From Eledone cirrhosa (taxonomy: Eukaryota), in contig OZ024758.1 of NCBI GenBank assembly GCA_964016885.1, forward strand, positions 4,216,001 through 4,280,000: 64,000 nucleotides of DNA. The letters are read 5' to 3'. Position numbers and translations under genes: made by a program. The notes under the pieces were generated by a model. It was given only the letters and a program-made list of their open reading frames with translations, had not been told where the DNA came from and made no database searches. Shown piece after piece: positions 12,081 through 25,082 of this stretch; position 1 is the stretch's first letter; every line of letters starts with the position of its first letter.

Positions 12081-13399
12081 GCATGTATCTGTAACAAGAA
12101 TCACGTATACCAAATAGAAAATCTATTATAATGTCTAAGATTAATGGTCTTCGTACACTTTTTACGATTGATGTACAAAAATAATTATTTCATAGGTATA
12201 ATTTGATTTGCGAATGTTTTCGCATGGAAAACAAATTTGGCGAGACGGTGCAGGTTGAATTGCTTCTCTAACACAACTAAAAACACACTGGATGTTGATC
12301 ATTATCTAAAGTTTAACGATTAAACACACATACTTACATACATACTGTACATTTAGTTTCGAGGTGTTGCTGAGTATATGGTAAATAATGCAATTGAAAT
12401 AATATATGAGATATAAGTGAAATTATTATGATTACTATCATGTGTGTAATTTGAACCCGAGAAAATATGTATGAGTGGGTGTGTGTGTATGTGTGTGGAT
12501 ATTTTTATGAGTGTTTGTTAGCATGGATACACAGATACCCACACACAAATACCTGCACAGACAGAGGCACGCATACACAGAGAGAAAGAGACTCTCTCTC
12601 TCCCTCTCTCTCTCGTAAAACAGCATGTAGGAGTCTGAAAGAAAGGACACTTTAACCCAAAAAGAAATATTTTTCAAACCTAGAAACAGAGAAAGCAAGC
12701 TTCGCTAATATCAATTTTGTATATATATATATGTACTATGTGTGCTTTTCGTACCCCATTTTTATTATCATTTCCCTTATATACATATATACAAAAACCT
12801 ACAGGTATCTGCATGGGCCATGAACTGTTGATATTTTGGTCACTAATAATATCTGGTTATTCGCTAATATAATTAGTGAGTCTTTATTGTGTCGGTGCAT
12901 TTCTTCGTTTTAGTCAGATGAGAATGCGTGTGTAAGGATGATCAATGTAGGCCACATGGATTTGTCACAATTATACACCTGTATAATGTTATACATTCTA
13001 AAAGGTTTTATATTTTCGTGAGCATATTTCTAAATGCATCAACTAATTCATCAACTTACTTAGCCGGCTCTCTCGAGCAAAGCACCTGACGTGTTTTGTA
13101 CGAATCCGATTTGTAAGTAAAATAGTTGAAGACCGCTAGCATTCCAAAAGTTCACTCATGACATCCAGAATTCGTTCAACCATTTATTATAGATTCTCGT
13201 TGACTTGGAGAATGCACAACTAACCAATTTCTCGTTAATGGCATGTCTAAGACAAATGTGTGAGTCCACAAACATCTATCTCCTGTATCTTTTTTTTTTT
13301 TTTATAAGAGTTTTTCTCTTACTTACTTGGTTTAAATATCAAGACGATTCTTGGGAAATAAATGATAACTTTTTGTTCCATTATGGTGTGGCATTATTT

Positions 13400-13703
13400 C
13401 TCTCATATTTCTGAAATATTTCTCTTTTCGTGATCTTTATTACTCCCGTTTAAGGCAACTCACTAGATCTTCAATCATTATATTCAACAATATGATGTCC
13501 ATCTGGTTGTCTAATAAGTAAACAGTAGGAGAAATGTGGAGTTCATATATAAATCTTTCAACATAAAAGCTTGGGGTGTTGATCAGATTTAAAAACGCAG
13601 TATATAAGAGCTGGTGCAAACGAAATTCATTTTCAGAGAATTGTATATTTGGGGTTGCATGGATTCAACACGATATTAGAATTAACAATGCTAACTTTGG
13701 CAT
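13400..13703 (-). pseudogene. Cys-loop/CR-like N-terminal relic
   Basis: ATG at 13703: MPKLALLILISC*IHAT (signal-peptide-like) then ENEFRLHQLL (ExRL..L). Confidence 0.5.
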
Positions 13704-14223
13704 GAAGTTGAATTCTGTAAAGGATTTATCTCCGAAAAATAATACCTCAAACGTTGGGTTGTAAATTATCATCTTAGGAATGATAGAAACTCAATGAATC
13801 AATTCAATACACAAACAGGTACACTTTACTTAACACAGTAAGTAGTTTACCTGATCGAACATATGAATAATATATCATCATCATCGAAACCGCCTGAGGG
13901 TTCATCGTAATCATTAAATATAAGGAACGTCATATTGGCACATTTAAACAATTCTTGTCATTCTTACCTTACATACTTCAACATACTTTAGGTTTATTTT
14001 ACTATTTATCTGTGTTTTCTTATTTAGTCAAATAACCAATGGAATGTGAAATAGTAATGTCTCCAGATATCTTACGGTTCAGTTCTGAAAATAATGCCAC
14101 ACACACACACACACAAAGTGACACCCATATAGATATATACACGTAGCTTCACCCACACACTCATAATCACACATTCACAACCAGGCACACACACACACAT
14201 TCATATATATATATATATACACC

Positions 14224-14265
<42 letters not shown>

Positions 14266-14349
14266 CTCACATACATACACACATTATATATATATATATA
14301 TAATATATATGTATGTTCTCGAAAATATCTGAAACTATTATATAGACTG

Positions 14350-15780
14350 GCAAATGAGATTAGAAACAATATGTCTTTTATATGATTATATAATAATCGA
14401 TGGTATCACTATTTGAGCAGCTGTTCTCATCTAGAATATCTGCTATAACACCATTACTCTGCTTTGATAAAATAAGTTTGGATGTGGAATTATTCTGATA
14501 CTACTATTTTAATAAATAGCTTAGAGCACTATATCGCACTCCTCTACACCACTACCTCCATAAAAAACACCTCCACACACACACACGAGGAGAATCTGAT
14601 GAATTTTTGTTCATTTAGGAAAAGTGGTCATTGTTGATGAAATGCTTTCAATAATCATGCATGCGCAACATTTGCTTTATTTTTGCTTCTTCATTTATTA
14701 ATAGTTTCATAGAAATCTCCTCCCGTTTTTTCCACAACATTCTATTCCATTCTTTTACATTTCTTTCTCTTGTATTCTCCTGAATTCCAATCTATCAATG
14801 CTCACTCGTGGGTTAAATTCTCTGGTGTTTCCTAGTAACACGATCAATGACAGCACTTCAGTTATATACGTTTTACGAGAATATCAGCTGGATCGCAGAT
14901 AACTAGCAAGGAAAATTTCCTTGCATACTTTTTCTCCTTTAATTTGTTGTGGGCGATGAATCGCTCTCGCGTATTAGATACACATTACTAATTTATTTTC
15001 TTTATATTTGGATGTTATATTATTATTATTGTTATTATTGTGCCTCAATCAGAAACTATTATTACTATTATTAATGATAATAAAACAATATTTTATACTT
15101 TTTACATTTTTCCTATTTTCATCGCAGTCAACGCTCTAATCAACTATGCCACGCCTTTAATAAGAGATTGCTAAAGCCTACACCATTTCGACGTTTACAT
15201 CCAATTTACATTCAATACCTGAGCCTTAACCTAATTTGATGTTGTAATCATCAAATCAAACAGATTTTATTATTTGGATATCGTTGCACACGAAAGAAAT
15301 ACAGGGTTACTTATTTGTTTTAATAAGGATTTTCTTCAAACACGAACAAAAAAATATATTATATGTAAATATCACCTTTTGTAATGAGATTAGTGAATCA
15401 GAGCTTCTTGAATAATGAACTACACATCTCATCAAACTAATATGAACAGTGCAATATAGTAAAATATAATTGTTTCTACTTTAGGTACAAGGCCAGCAAT
15501 TACCCAGTGCATTACTGGTACTTTATTTTATCGACCCCGTAAGGATGAAAGGCAAAGTCAACCTCGGCGGGATTTGAACTCAGATCGTAAAATATAATGA
15601 CTGTAAATATGATATAATTAACTGAATTAGGAGATAGTATATGCTGGTAAGAGAAGCAGAGATCGGCACCCAAAACGATGGCTTGATAATGTCAGCTTAT
15701 AGACTGGACTTGAGCTTTGTTCTTTAAACTTTGTGAAGAGAGATATCACATGATGTGCAGACTGCAACTGGCAGAGTTTA
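14350..15780 (-). pseudogene. Cys-loop/CR-like pseudogene with SINE insertion
   Basis: ETKLKSSL; FDE; VCNDIQIIKSV (VWxPDIxIxNS); ECKLDV; KGEKV at ~14925-14940; TYITEVLSLIVLL; VIADILDE (M4). Confidence 0.6.
15468..15590 (-). mobile_element. SINE family 1 inserted into CR-like relic
   Basis: Core plus tail; GTAAAATATAAT duplicated at 15459-15470 and 15587-15598. Confidence 0.9.
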
Positions 15781-15804
15781 GCGTCTGGAGAGAGATATGC
15801 GTTT

Positions 15805-15960
15805 GAGGCGATGAAATGGCAGAGTCAATAGAACGTCGATTAGAATACTTTGTATTAATCAGTCCGGCTCTCTGCTCCATGAGTTCAAATCCCACCGAGG
15901 TTAAATTTACCTTTCATAAATTCAAAATCGATGAAAAAAATACAATTGTAGTACTCGGTC
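15805..15960 (+). mobile_element. Old diverged SINE family 1
   Basis: GAGTTCAAATCCCACCGAGGTTAAATTTACCTTTCAT. Confidence 0.7.
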
Positions 15961-16099
15961 TGATTCTTCCTCTACATCTTTCACTGGAGGAAATCTGCAG
16001 TTTTCAGAGCTGGAGATGAAATAGAATCCTTCAGGTTTTGAAAATTTTGCCCTAAAAAGAATGCATGTCTACACGGTGTCATTACAACACCCTCGGGAG

Positions 16100-16860
16100 T
16101 TAAGGGTCCATCATACATAGATAAATACTATCATCTCCATTACAACACACGATAATGTAGTTATAAAATTCCGTAATGACTGATTAAAGTTGTCAAATTT
16201 AGAAAAATGTAATCAAAATTCTGCTTAACGGTCAATGAAATAAAGATATATTGACAGAGAGCAAAACAGCAACAGCACATACAGAAGACACGGCATAAAG
16301 ATTCTACCGAAACTACATTTAGATTTAGGCTTTGATTAATAGAAGAATAATATATTCCGTATGATTACAATAACACCATTGTAATATTGTTTCTACTTTT
16401 GGCACAAGGACAGCAATTAATCAGTACATTACTGGTACTTTATTTTATCAACCCCGTAAGGATGAAAGGCAAAGTTAACCTCGGCGGAATTTGAACTCAG
16501 AATGGCAAGGGCCGTAACTGTGCGTCAAAGCATGGTGTCCGATCCTCTACCGATACTGTCAATCCACCGGCCGTTGTAATATTGTAATATTATCCATTGT
16601 AATATCATATATTCATTCCCTAAGATGACGTTTTTTTAATCTATTTTTTGGCTGTCTTAACAATAAGTTGACATTTTCTTCTATACGGCGAAATTATATC
16701 TACGTCTTCCTTACCGTTTCCTTCTTATTCTCTATTGTACAATTCTACATTATTACATTATTACATTTCCAATCCTCGTTAAAATAAGAGAGCTTTTCAT
16801 AGCTTATAGACAGGAAGTTAGTCAGAAATAGCGACAAGGTTTACATCTGAAAACACAAAC
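16100..16860 (-). pseudogene. Cys-loop/CR-like relic (beta9 to M3) with SINE at 16386-16570
   Basis: YFNEDWK; RLKKRH; SFGRI/YAVSSVCAVAVLLS (M2). Confidence 0.5.
16386..16570 (-). mobile_element. SINE family 1, near full length
   Basis: Head, core, tail; TTGTAATATTGT flanks. Confidence 0.9.
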
Positions 16861-17144
16861 AAATGCAAATACACACACAAGAACATACATACACACATCT
16901 ACACGTAATTAGACACACACACAAGGACATACACACATACTTAGACACACACACACACACAGACACAAGAGCAAACACCTAGACACATACACCTATATGC
17001 GTATACACACAAATACCAAGACACGCAGAAACATGGACATATAGACAGGCACATAGATAGACGCACACATACACACACAAATAGACACACATGCATATAT
17101 ACATAGACACACAAACACACACAAATCTAGGCCTAGATATAAAC

Positions 17145-17385
<241 letters not shown>

Positions 17386-17569
17386 GTTATTGTGTAGTAT
17401 TTTCTGTAACCCTCAAGCTTTCTTGACAGTATCAATGGTGAATTGTTTCTTTTTCTACCTTTCTTTGATATATACAATCTAGGTCAAGTCATACAAAATA
17501 TGGTTAGATTTGAAATGTTTATGTCTGTGAATTACAAAATATTGATTAAAATACTTAACATATACATAC

Positions 17570-17830
17570 ACGCATACGTACATAATACATACACACATAC
17601 GTACATAATGCATACACACATACGTACATAATGCATACACACATACGTACATAATGCATACACACATACGTACATAATGCATACACACATACGTACATAA
17701 TGCATACACACATACGTACATAATACATACACACATACGTACATAATACATACACATACGTACATAATACATACACACATACGTACATAATACATACACA
17801 CATACATACATACATACATAATACATACAC
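17570..17830. repeat. 23-bp minisatellite ACATACGTACATAATGCATACAC
   Basis: About 10 tandem units. Confidence 0.9.
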
Positions 17831-18268
17831 ACAGACACCTATGCGTGCGTGTTTGTGTGTATCTTTACACAGACACACACGTACATAATACATACCCACA
17901 TACAGACCTATGTGTACGTGTTTATGTGTACCTTTACACATATGTACATACACATCTATGTACATAATATATACCCACATACACGCCTATGCGTGTGTGT
18001 TTCTGTGTATCTTTTGAGAGTTAAGTTTGCATAATATATATATCTACGTTGTGTCATGCGTAAAGATTTTAGCTGTAAAATAGTATAGATGCATAATCGT
18101 ATACACACTCATGCGTAGAGAGAGAAGGAGAAAGAGATAGAGACAGAGACAAAACGACAGAGAGAGAGTGAGAAAGAGGAGAAAGAAAGAGGGATACACA
18201 TACGCGCGCGTGCGTGTGCGTGTGCGTGTGCGTGTGCGTGTGCGTGTGCGTGTGTGTGTGTGGTGTGT

Positions 18269-18342
<74 letters not shown>

Positions 18343-18433
18343 GTGTGTGTATAGATAGATAGATAGATAGATAGAAATAATCAATATAGAAGACATCAGC
18401 AAATATGATTGCAGAATCGTGACAGTTACCGTT

Positions 18434-18780
18434 TTAATATATCACCACAGGTAATGAATCTAAAGAATTGGCAGAGTTTCCTTGTCGCAAATTCTGGTAG
18501 ACCTGAGCATATTGCTGAAGTGGGAATAGTCCTGAGGATATACTCTCTACAAAAATGCCATAGAAGTGCTTGCCTCTCATATAGAGTATAACACCCCGGC
18601 CCGAGCTCCTGAACTTCCTGTAGCGGAGGTGTTTGGCTCTGAAAAGCAGAATAAGGGAGAAAGGCGAACTACTGGCGCTATAAAATCTATTGCTCCTGGT
18701 AGACAAAACTGGTCAGGATTGGGTGGCTCTCTATGTATGAGAAAACCGGGTCTGATGGGGCAACGTAATCATAAATCTTT
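18434..18780 (-). mobile_element. Possible LINE APE-endonuclease remnant
   Basis: LLFRAKHLRYRKFRSSGRGVILYMR resembles the FRxDR..GGGVxLY motif; higher GC than flanks. Confidence 0.35.
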
Positions 18781-18786
18781 CTAATC

Positions 18787-18985
18787 GAGACACAAGACCA
18801 GTAATTTGAAGTGTGGTGGGAAAAGTAGATTAAATCGATCCCAGTGTGTTACTGGTGTTTCACTTTCGAACCCGTGAAATGAAGGCCAAAGATAACCTTG
18901 TTGGGATTGAAATCAAAACGTAAAGGGAGGTAATTATATGACCCGAAAAATGTCCGACGCTCTACCGATTCTGCCAATGCACTGC
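18787..18985 (-). mobile_element. Old diverged SINE family 1
   Basis: CCGACGCTCTACCGATTCTGCCAAT head (reverse) and degenerate core. Confidence 0.7.
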
Positions 18986-19679
18986 TTTGCACAGGACATT
19001 GGAAGACGCCCTGGATGGTGTCAGATTGCCCATTGGAAATGAAGGATACCGAGGAGTTGTTATTTCCTTCTTGTAAGTGAGACTAAATCTGATATGAAAT
19101 CTGCGATTCATTTGTTAACGAATCGTGCTTCTTACGCTTGTCAACAGACAGTAATTTCAAAAAATTATAAAGTGACAGCCTCCTGTTGTATAAACGTCTG
19201 TCACTACAACGCATAATATACAAATGTCGCTTTTATGTATTCACACCCGTCATTCAATCTCTACATCCGATGTAATCTAGAGTTCTTGGAACCTTATCAG
19301 CATTGGGCCAATCGCTGCAGCTAAACGGTTTTCAAAAGGCTCCTTCACCATACAGCGGTGGTCATAATTGGACTCCGAAACCTTTGATATTTGTATATAT
19401 GTAGATGTGTAGATGTCTATGTGTTTGTGTGAATATGTGTGCGTGAATGTGTGCATGCATGTGTGTGCGGCTGCAGTGTACGTTTTCTTTCATATTTACC
19501 TTTTCCTTAAATAAGCAGAATTATATAGGAATGGTTGAAACATTAGTAAATGACAAACATTGTTTCAGGCGTAATACATTAATACATATAGAATAGAAAG
19601 CGCAGCGAAGATGCAACAATATATATAATATATATATATATAATTATTATTATTATTACAGCGTCCAGCACAAATCAAA

Positions 19680-20120
19680 ACTAGATACAGGCATAGATAA
19701 TCCATGTTCTAAACATTGTATTAGATCTGTGGCAAAATAAATTATGAAATAATCCACAATGTTTATTGAAGGAAATTATTCAAGCCATCGTTAATAATCA
19801 TACGTTAAGAAAACCATTTCGTACAAATGATTTTGGAGGACACAAAAACATTGACAATGTCGTCCATTTTGAATAAATACGTCATGATTATTTTCTTGGA
19901 GATATTGGGCAATAACATTAGAAAAATAAAGTAGACAAGTATTTGAAGTACTTTTATTGAAAGAAATAAAAATAGGAAATACTCTAACCAAACAATAATT
20001 GTGGGCAAAAATCTCAAGAGATTGAGACTTCCGAATCCTATGTATAATGGAAACATTATTAACAATAACCAGAAATACCAATATACTTGTTTCAACATCC
20101 TAAAGGAAACATTGCAAATA
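19680..20120 (-). pseudogene. Cys-loop/CR-like relic, beta10-M1-M2-M3-M4 (longest open transmembrane segment)
   Basis: ORF 19805-20098: LKQVYWYFWLLLIMFPLYIGFGSLNLLRFLP...LMLLPNISKKIIMTYLF..VFVSSKIIC; downstream NMDYLCLYL (M4). Confidence 0.7.
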
Positions 20121-20770
20121 GCAATCTAACGGAAACCACCAAGTTTAATATATGCCGCAGCACGACTGATAACTACTATCGTACAATATAAACGATTTCA
20201 GAATACTGAGAACAACGAAGGAAAGGAAAACACATAAGATGAATGGAAACATACAATAAAGTATAATACAAATATAAATTAAGACATTCAAATGAATACG
20301 GGAGAAATGCAGAAAAAAGAAGTTTGCAGAAAGAGAAGAAATCTAAACATGAGAAAGAAAATGGTTAAGTAGTGGAGAAAAAGAATGCTAAATTATGATA
20401 CAGGGAGTTGATATAAACTTACATATAAAAGTATATTGGCAGAACGTCACAAATAATATTTGTTCTGGTATAGGAGGTAGCACTAAATGGGAATATAGTA
20501 TCAAAGTTCAATATATCAAAAAGTAAAGTTAGAAAGATATGACTACAGAAGCTAACAAATAAAAAAAACACGAATGAATATAGAAAGTTTACAAACGTGG
20601 TAAAATAAATAAATAATTTAAAGTTGAGAACTCAGAACATCATCTGAATTTGGAAAGAAATTCCATCATGGGAGGCATTAAACCAAACAATAAATAAAAC
20701 GATGCACAGTTGGATCAGATCGTTCGTAAAATTTGTTCCATCCATAGCAGATATTTTTTTCTCGGAATGC
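20120..20770 (+). mobile_element. Decayed non-LTR retrotransposon (R4/Dong-like) fragment
   Basis: SNLTETTK/LIYAAARLIT and YREL motifs; A-rich sense strand. Confidence 0.45.
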
Positions 20771-21029
20771 AGTCTCTATGAAAAGAGTATGTGAAATATG
20801 TCCAATAAAACTATGAATAGGTTACGTAATGCCAATGCTTATATAAATATGAATGTATGTGTGTATTATATATGTGTGTGATTGTACAACTTTACACATA
20901 CATGCACAAACATTTACCCCAACATATTTATATGTATAGTTGTAGATGCTGACACGTCTTGGCCGCACCCATTCGCATACATCTCTCTCTCCCTCTCTCA
21001 TCCAAACGCACACACTCGTATATATACAT

Positions 21030-21385
21030 GCATATTATCATTTGAAATTAGCTCAACGATGATGGAAATGGTGCAGAGGATATATTGGCGAATATTGAAT
21101 AGTTAAATATTAAAGATTAACATAAATACTGCAAAAGTAACACACAGAGATGATGAAACAAATTAATAGGGATATAACCAGTCCTAGCCCCCCGCCTCTC
21201 ATATTTCCACATTTTCATCATCTAAAACTGTACTGCTGCATCCAATATCGTCAGAGCAATATAAATTTCAGTTCCTTGAACACTGTCCTTGGATAAATGA
21301 AAAGAAACGGCTATGTCCACGAGAAAATGTGTCACAGATCTAATAGGAACAACACGAAACAGAATAATTATAGTATATAACTATA
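21030..21385 (-). pseudogene. Condensed Cys-loop/CR-like relic
   Basis: YNYS/VVPIRSVTHFLVDIAVSFHL (N-terminal region) and within ~200 bp GYIP, VTFAVFMLI (M2). Confidence 0.55.
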
Positions 21386-21389
21386 TAGT

Positions 21390-21675
21390 AGAGGCACATG
21401 GCCTAGTGGTAAGGGTGTTGGACTTACGATCATATTATCGTGGGTTCGATTCCTGGGTTGCGTGCTGTGTTCTTAAACAAAACACTTCATTTCCCTTTGC
21501 TTCAGTATACTCAGCTGAAAATGAGTAATGAGTACCAGTAATAGCTGGGGTTTTAACCCAGCGATGGACTGGTGTCATATCCAGGGGGAGTCTTGTACTC
21601 TCAGTCGCTTCACGCCATGAAATCGGAATAAGCTTCGGCCAAGTGAGCCTTCTGGCTTAAGGCAAACTTTAAACT
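21390..21675 (+). mobile_element. tRNA-derived SINE family 2 (MetaSINE-like core)
   Basis: GGCCTAGTGG...GGGTTCGATTCC; same core as 7968-8240. Confidence 0.8.
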
Positions 21676-21699
21676 TTTAGACAACTATATCAGAGTATA

Positions 21700-23200
21700 T
21701 CCACATGGTCATCATTTAGGCAAAAACGAGTCTATTAAAGATTGATTAACTGACGCGAGTTGAAAAAAATTAAAACATGTGTGAAAAGGTGAAAATAGAT
21801 GCCTGACAATTAGGATTGTAGCCACAGGATTGCTACAACTTATTGGAATCGGAAGGGGTGAAAGAGTGTGTAGATTTGATCAAAGGTGGAAATGTAGACA
21901 TGGGTTGAAGAGGAGGTGAACGAAAATAGTATTTACAGGGTGTTGCAGTAAATAATAGCAAAACACCTCTGGAAAGAAAATCATCGAAATATCACAAGAT
22001 TTAACTAGAAAACCCCTATATTTCTATGCATGTTAGAAAAGACTAAATACATTTATATTTCAAACAAAATTCATCGTTTGTTTAATAGGTGTGTTACATA
22101 TATAACCAGACTAGAAACGTTTTTGAGGCATTACACGGTGAAATATTTTCATATGAAGTAATGATAAAATTAATCCGATAACTCAATGAGTTCTAGTATA
22201 GGCACAAGGTCAGTACTTTGGTGGGAAGGGGGAAGTCAATTAAATCAACCCCATTACGTTACTGGTGCTTTATTTTATCGACCCCGTAAGGCACGAGGCC
22301 AACAATTTTGGAGGAGGGAAAGGTTGATTAATTTGACCTAAGTACGTTACTGGTACTTTACCTAACTAATAATAAAACCAAAGTTTATCGACCCTGTAAG
22401 GACGAAAGGCAAAACTAACCACGGCGGGATTTGTACTCAGACCGGAAAGGGCCGTAACTATGCTGCAAAGTATGGTGCCCGCCCCGCTACCGATTCTGCC
22501 AATCAACCGCCTCACCAAGCAATTGGGGTGGGGGAGGGGGGAATCGATTTAATCGACTCCAGTGCGTGACTGGTACTTTTTTTTATCAACCCTGTAAGGA
22601 TTAAAGAATCCGAAAACTCATAATAGAAATACAAAACAAGGCATTTGGACAGGAAAGGCTCAGACATGTTTTAGTAACAGACTGTTCTAGTAATTATTAC
22701 AGCTAATCCAATATTACCAACAAAAACGACACAATTTAACAACATACTATATCTCACACAGCGTTTCCTAAACATACTAACATTACCCATTGCCGACATA
22801 ATTCTCACCGACTCAAACTCACTACTTATATTACCTCATCCGGAAAGAAATAATTGTATATCTATCACATTTCTTATCATTTCATTAAGCTAGTTCTATC
22901 TCATTTGTTTCAATAATACTTGCTAGTCAATCTCACTATAGTTTCAGTTCTTTCTCCACCCCCCCTTCATATAATCTCACTTTATCTTATACCCTTCCCC
23001 CAAGCACGAAATAGTGCAACATCTATATTTAATGAGATGTAGCAGGTCATTAACTTTGCTGATAGCATCGACACCACCCAGGCGTTTGTCAATGTGCCTG
23101 ATATCGAGATATGCCCCAATCAATGCACTCAGCAGCAGCGCCAAGGACAGTTATTCTCTACAAATCATTTTTATATACATTCGTGTTATAAATCGCTTAT
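21700..23200 (-). pseudogene. Cys-loop/CR-like pseudogene, N- to C-terminus, split by SINE cluster
   Basis: YNTNV; GAYLDIRHIDKRLG (WxDxRL); ENYVGNG*C (NGEW); LKHV; IGLILSLL (M1); KSCDISMIF (M3 start); SVNQSLIDSF (M4). Confidence 0.65.
22190..22605 (-). mobile_element. Stack of about 4 partial SINE family 1 copies
   Basis: Repeated tails and cores in the same orientation. Confidence 0.85.
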
Positions 23201-23423
23201 TTCAATTACTCTACTATGCACACACACACACAGTATGTATGTCCCACGCCCATATATCACATCGTATATCACATCATATATCACATCACATCACATTACA
23301 CACCATCACATACCATACCATACCATAATGTTATTGTGTGTGCGCGAGTAAATGGTAAACAAAAATAAAACTGGTACAGTATATGGAAGGAATATATTAG
23401 GTTAACGGTTGAAATAGCAGAAG

Positions 23424-23487
23424 AATGTAAATGATAGTTCATCGTTCTTATATATATATATAAGAACGATGAACTATCATTTACATT
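23424..23487. repeat. Perfect inverted repeat around (TA)n
   Basis: AATGTAAATGATAGTTCATCGTTCTTA-(TA)5-TAAGAACGATGAACTATCATTTACATT. Confidence 0.9.
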
Positions 23488-23659
23488 TTAGATTTTTATT
23501 GAGTATCGACATGTTACACGTGTTTCGCAGAAGATTGGCTCAGGGTGGTCACTCATAGAAGTTATGGAACCACAACCATCTCGCCAAGATTTCAGTAACT
23601 AAAGTCTGAACATGGATGATGTCAGATGGCTCAGACGAGGTTATAAAGCAAATAGTTAC

Positions 23660-24110
23660 GACACCGTAATGATGAAAGGCAAAGTTAATCTCGGCGGGAT
23701 TTGAACTCAGACCGTAAAGGGCCGTAACTCTTTGCTGCAAAGCATCGCGTCCGACCCTCTACCGACACTTCCAATCCACCGCCTTTAACATTTTGAAATA
23801 CTTGTTTACATTTGGCACAAGGCCAGCAACTATTCCAGTGCATTACTGGTAATTTATTTTATCGACCCCGTAAGGATGAAAGGCAAAGTTAACCTCGGCG
23901 GGATTTGAACTCAGACCGGAAGGGGACATAACTCTTTGCTGGAAAGCATGGCGTCTGACACTCTACCGATACTGCGAATCAACCGCCCTGAAATAATTGT
24001 TTCCATTTTTGGCACAAGGCCAGCAACTATTCCAGTGCATTACTGGTACTTTATTTTATCGACCCCGTAAGGATGAAAGGCAAAGTTAACCTCGTCGGAA
24101 TTTGAACTCA
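23660..24110 (-). mobile_element. Three tandem SINE family 1 copies
   Basis: Copies at ~23660-23785, 23800-23990, 23993-24110. Confidence 0.9.
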
Positions 24111-25080
24111 ATAATGTTACTTTATATGTTAGAGAAGAGTATGTCCAAGATTGAAGTAACGTTTCTTCAAATTACTCTATCATCAAAACAACAATATATA
24201 CAACCATGTCCTGTAGTGAAATAACTCTTCTTTAAATCGTTTCTATCTCTTTGATATAATTTGTCTATGGATCCTGGAAAACGTTACGTCTACTATTGAA
24301 TTAACTTTTCTTCAAATGATTTTTTTTCCGTTTATATTTATATTTTATTACATAATCTAATAGCAACACCAATGTGTGACGGTGACGTATGGGAATTATT
24401 ATATCTATATATTTCAACATCAATTCCGGTCGTTACAAATAATATATTTGAACAACGGAAAGAAACAAGAAATGTTGTGAGCAAACACTACATGAAATTC
24501 ATCAAGATCTATGCTAGTGGAGTTTTACAGCCACCCCCAAAGATCATTTGACTAGAAAACGCAATCAAATAATGAGATCACAAACCAGCTTACTTCAAAT
24601 GATTTTTAGACAAACTTCATCAGGAAATCACTTACAAAACGAAACTTATCTCCTACAAAATGACACAGCTACAAACGACTACAAACGGGTACAAACTCCA
24701 ACGATGTCACTCTGTATCTATACGCTCAATGACACACAATTAATATATTGAAATACAAAACACCACACCAAAATTATAACATCCTCCTAAAACCGTATCT
24801 CTTGCATTCCAAACAAAGATACAGATATATATGTTTTTGCTTTACCAGTATCATTAGTTCCAAACAAAACAGCAATGATTATTTCAGAGGAACAATCAGG
24901 CGAGGCAAGTCTGTGGTGATTTCTAGAAATATCACAAATACAGAGATATATTTAACAGTAGAGAGAGTACGTTAAGTCGATATATTTACAGTACTTCAGT
25001 TGATACACCCCTGTATCTATAGGCGATGCTTGTCTGTAGCCATTCCTAGAAATGGCACAAATACTGTAGTATTCTCCGTA
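24110..25080 (-). pseudogene. Cys-loop/CR-like relic interrupted by LINE fragment
   Basis: DKHRL..STVNI (N-terminal region, ~24970-25050); LMLKYIDIIIP; I*RNVTSILDILF at 24133-24170 (M4, W>stop). Confidence 0.55.
24470..24860 (+). mobile_element. Decayed LINE reverse-transcriptase fragment (R4/Dong-like)
   Basis: TYLLQNDTATNDYKRVQTPTMSLCIY resembles TxLxxK..xYRPITCL..Y. Confidence 0.35.
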
Positions 25081-25082
25081 AG

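Noticed and set aside
21390-21460. tRNA gene
   Set aside because: A/B boxes are followed by a SINE body and no complete cloverleaf forms; it is a SINE head.
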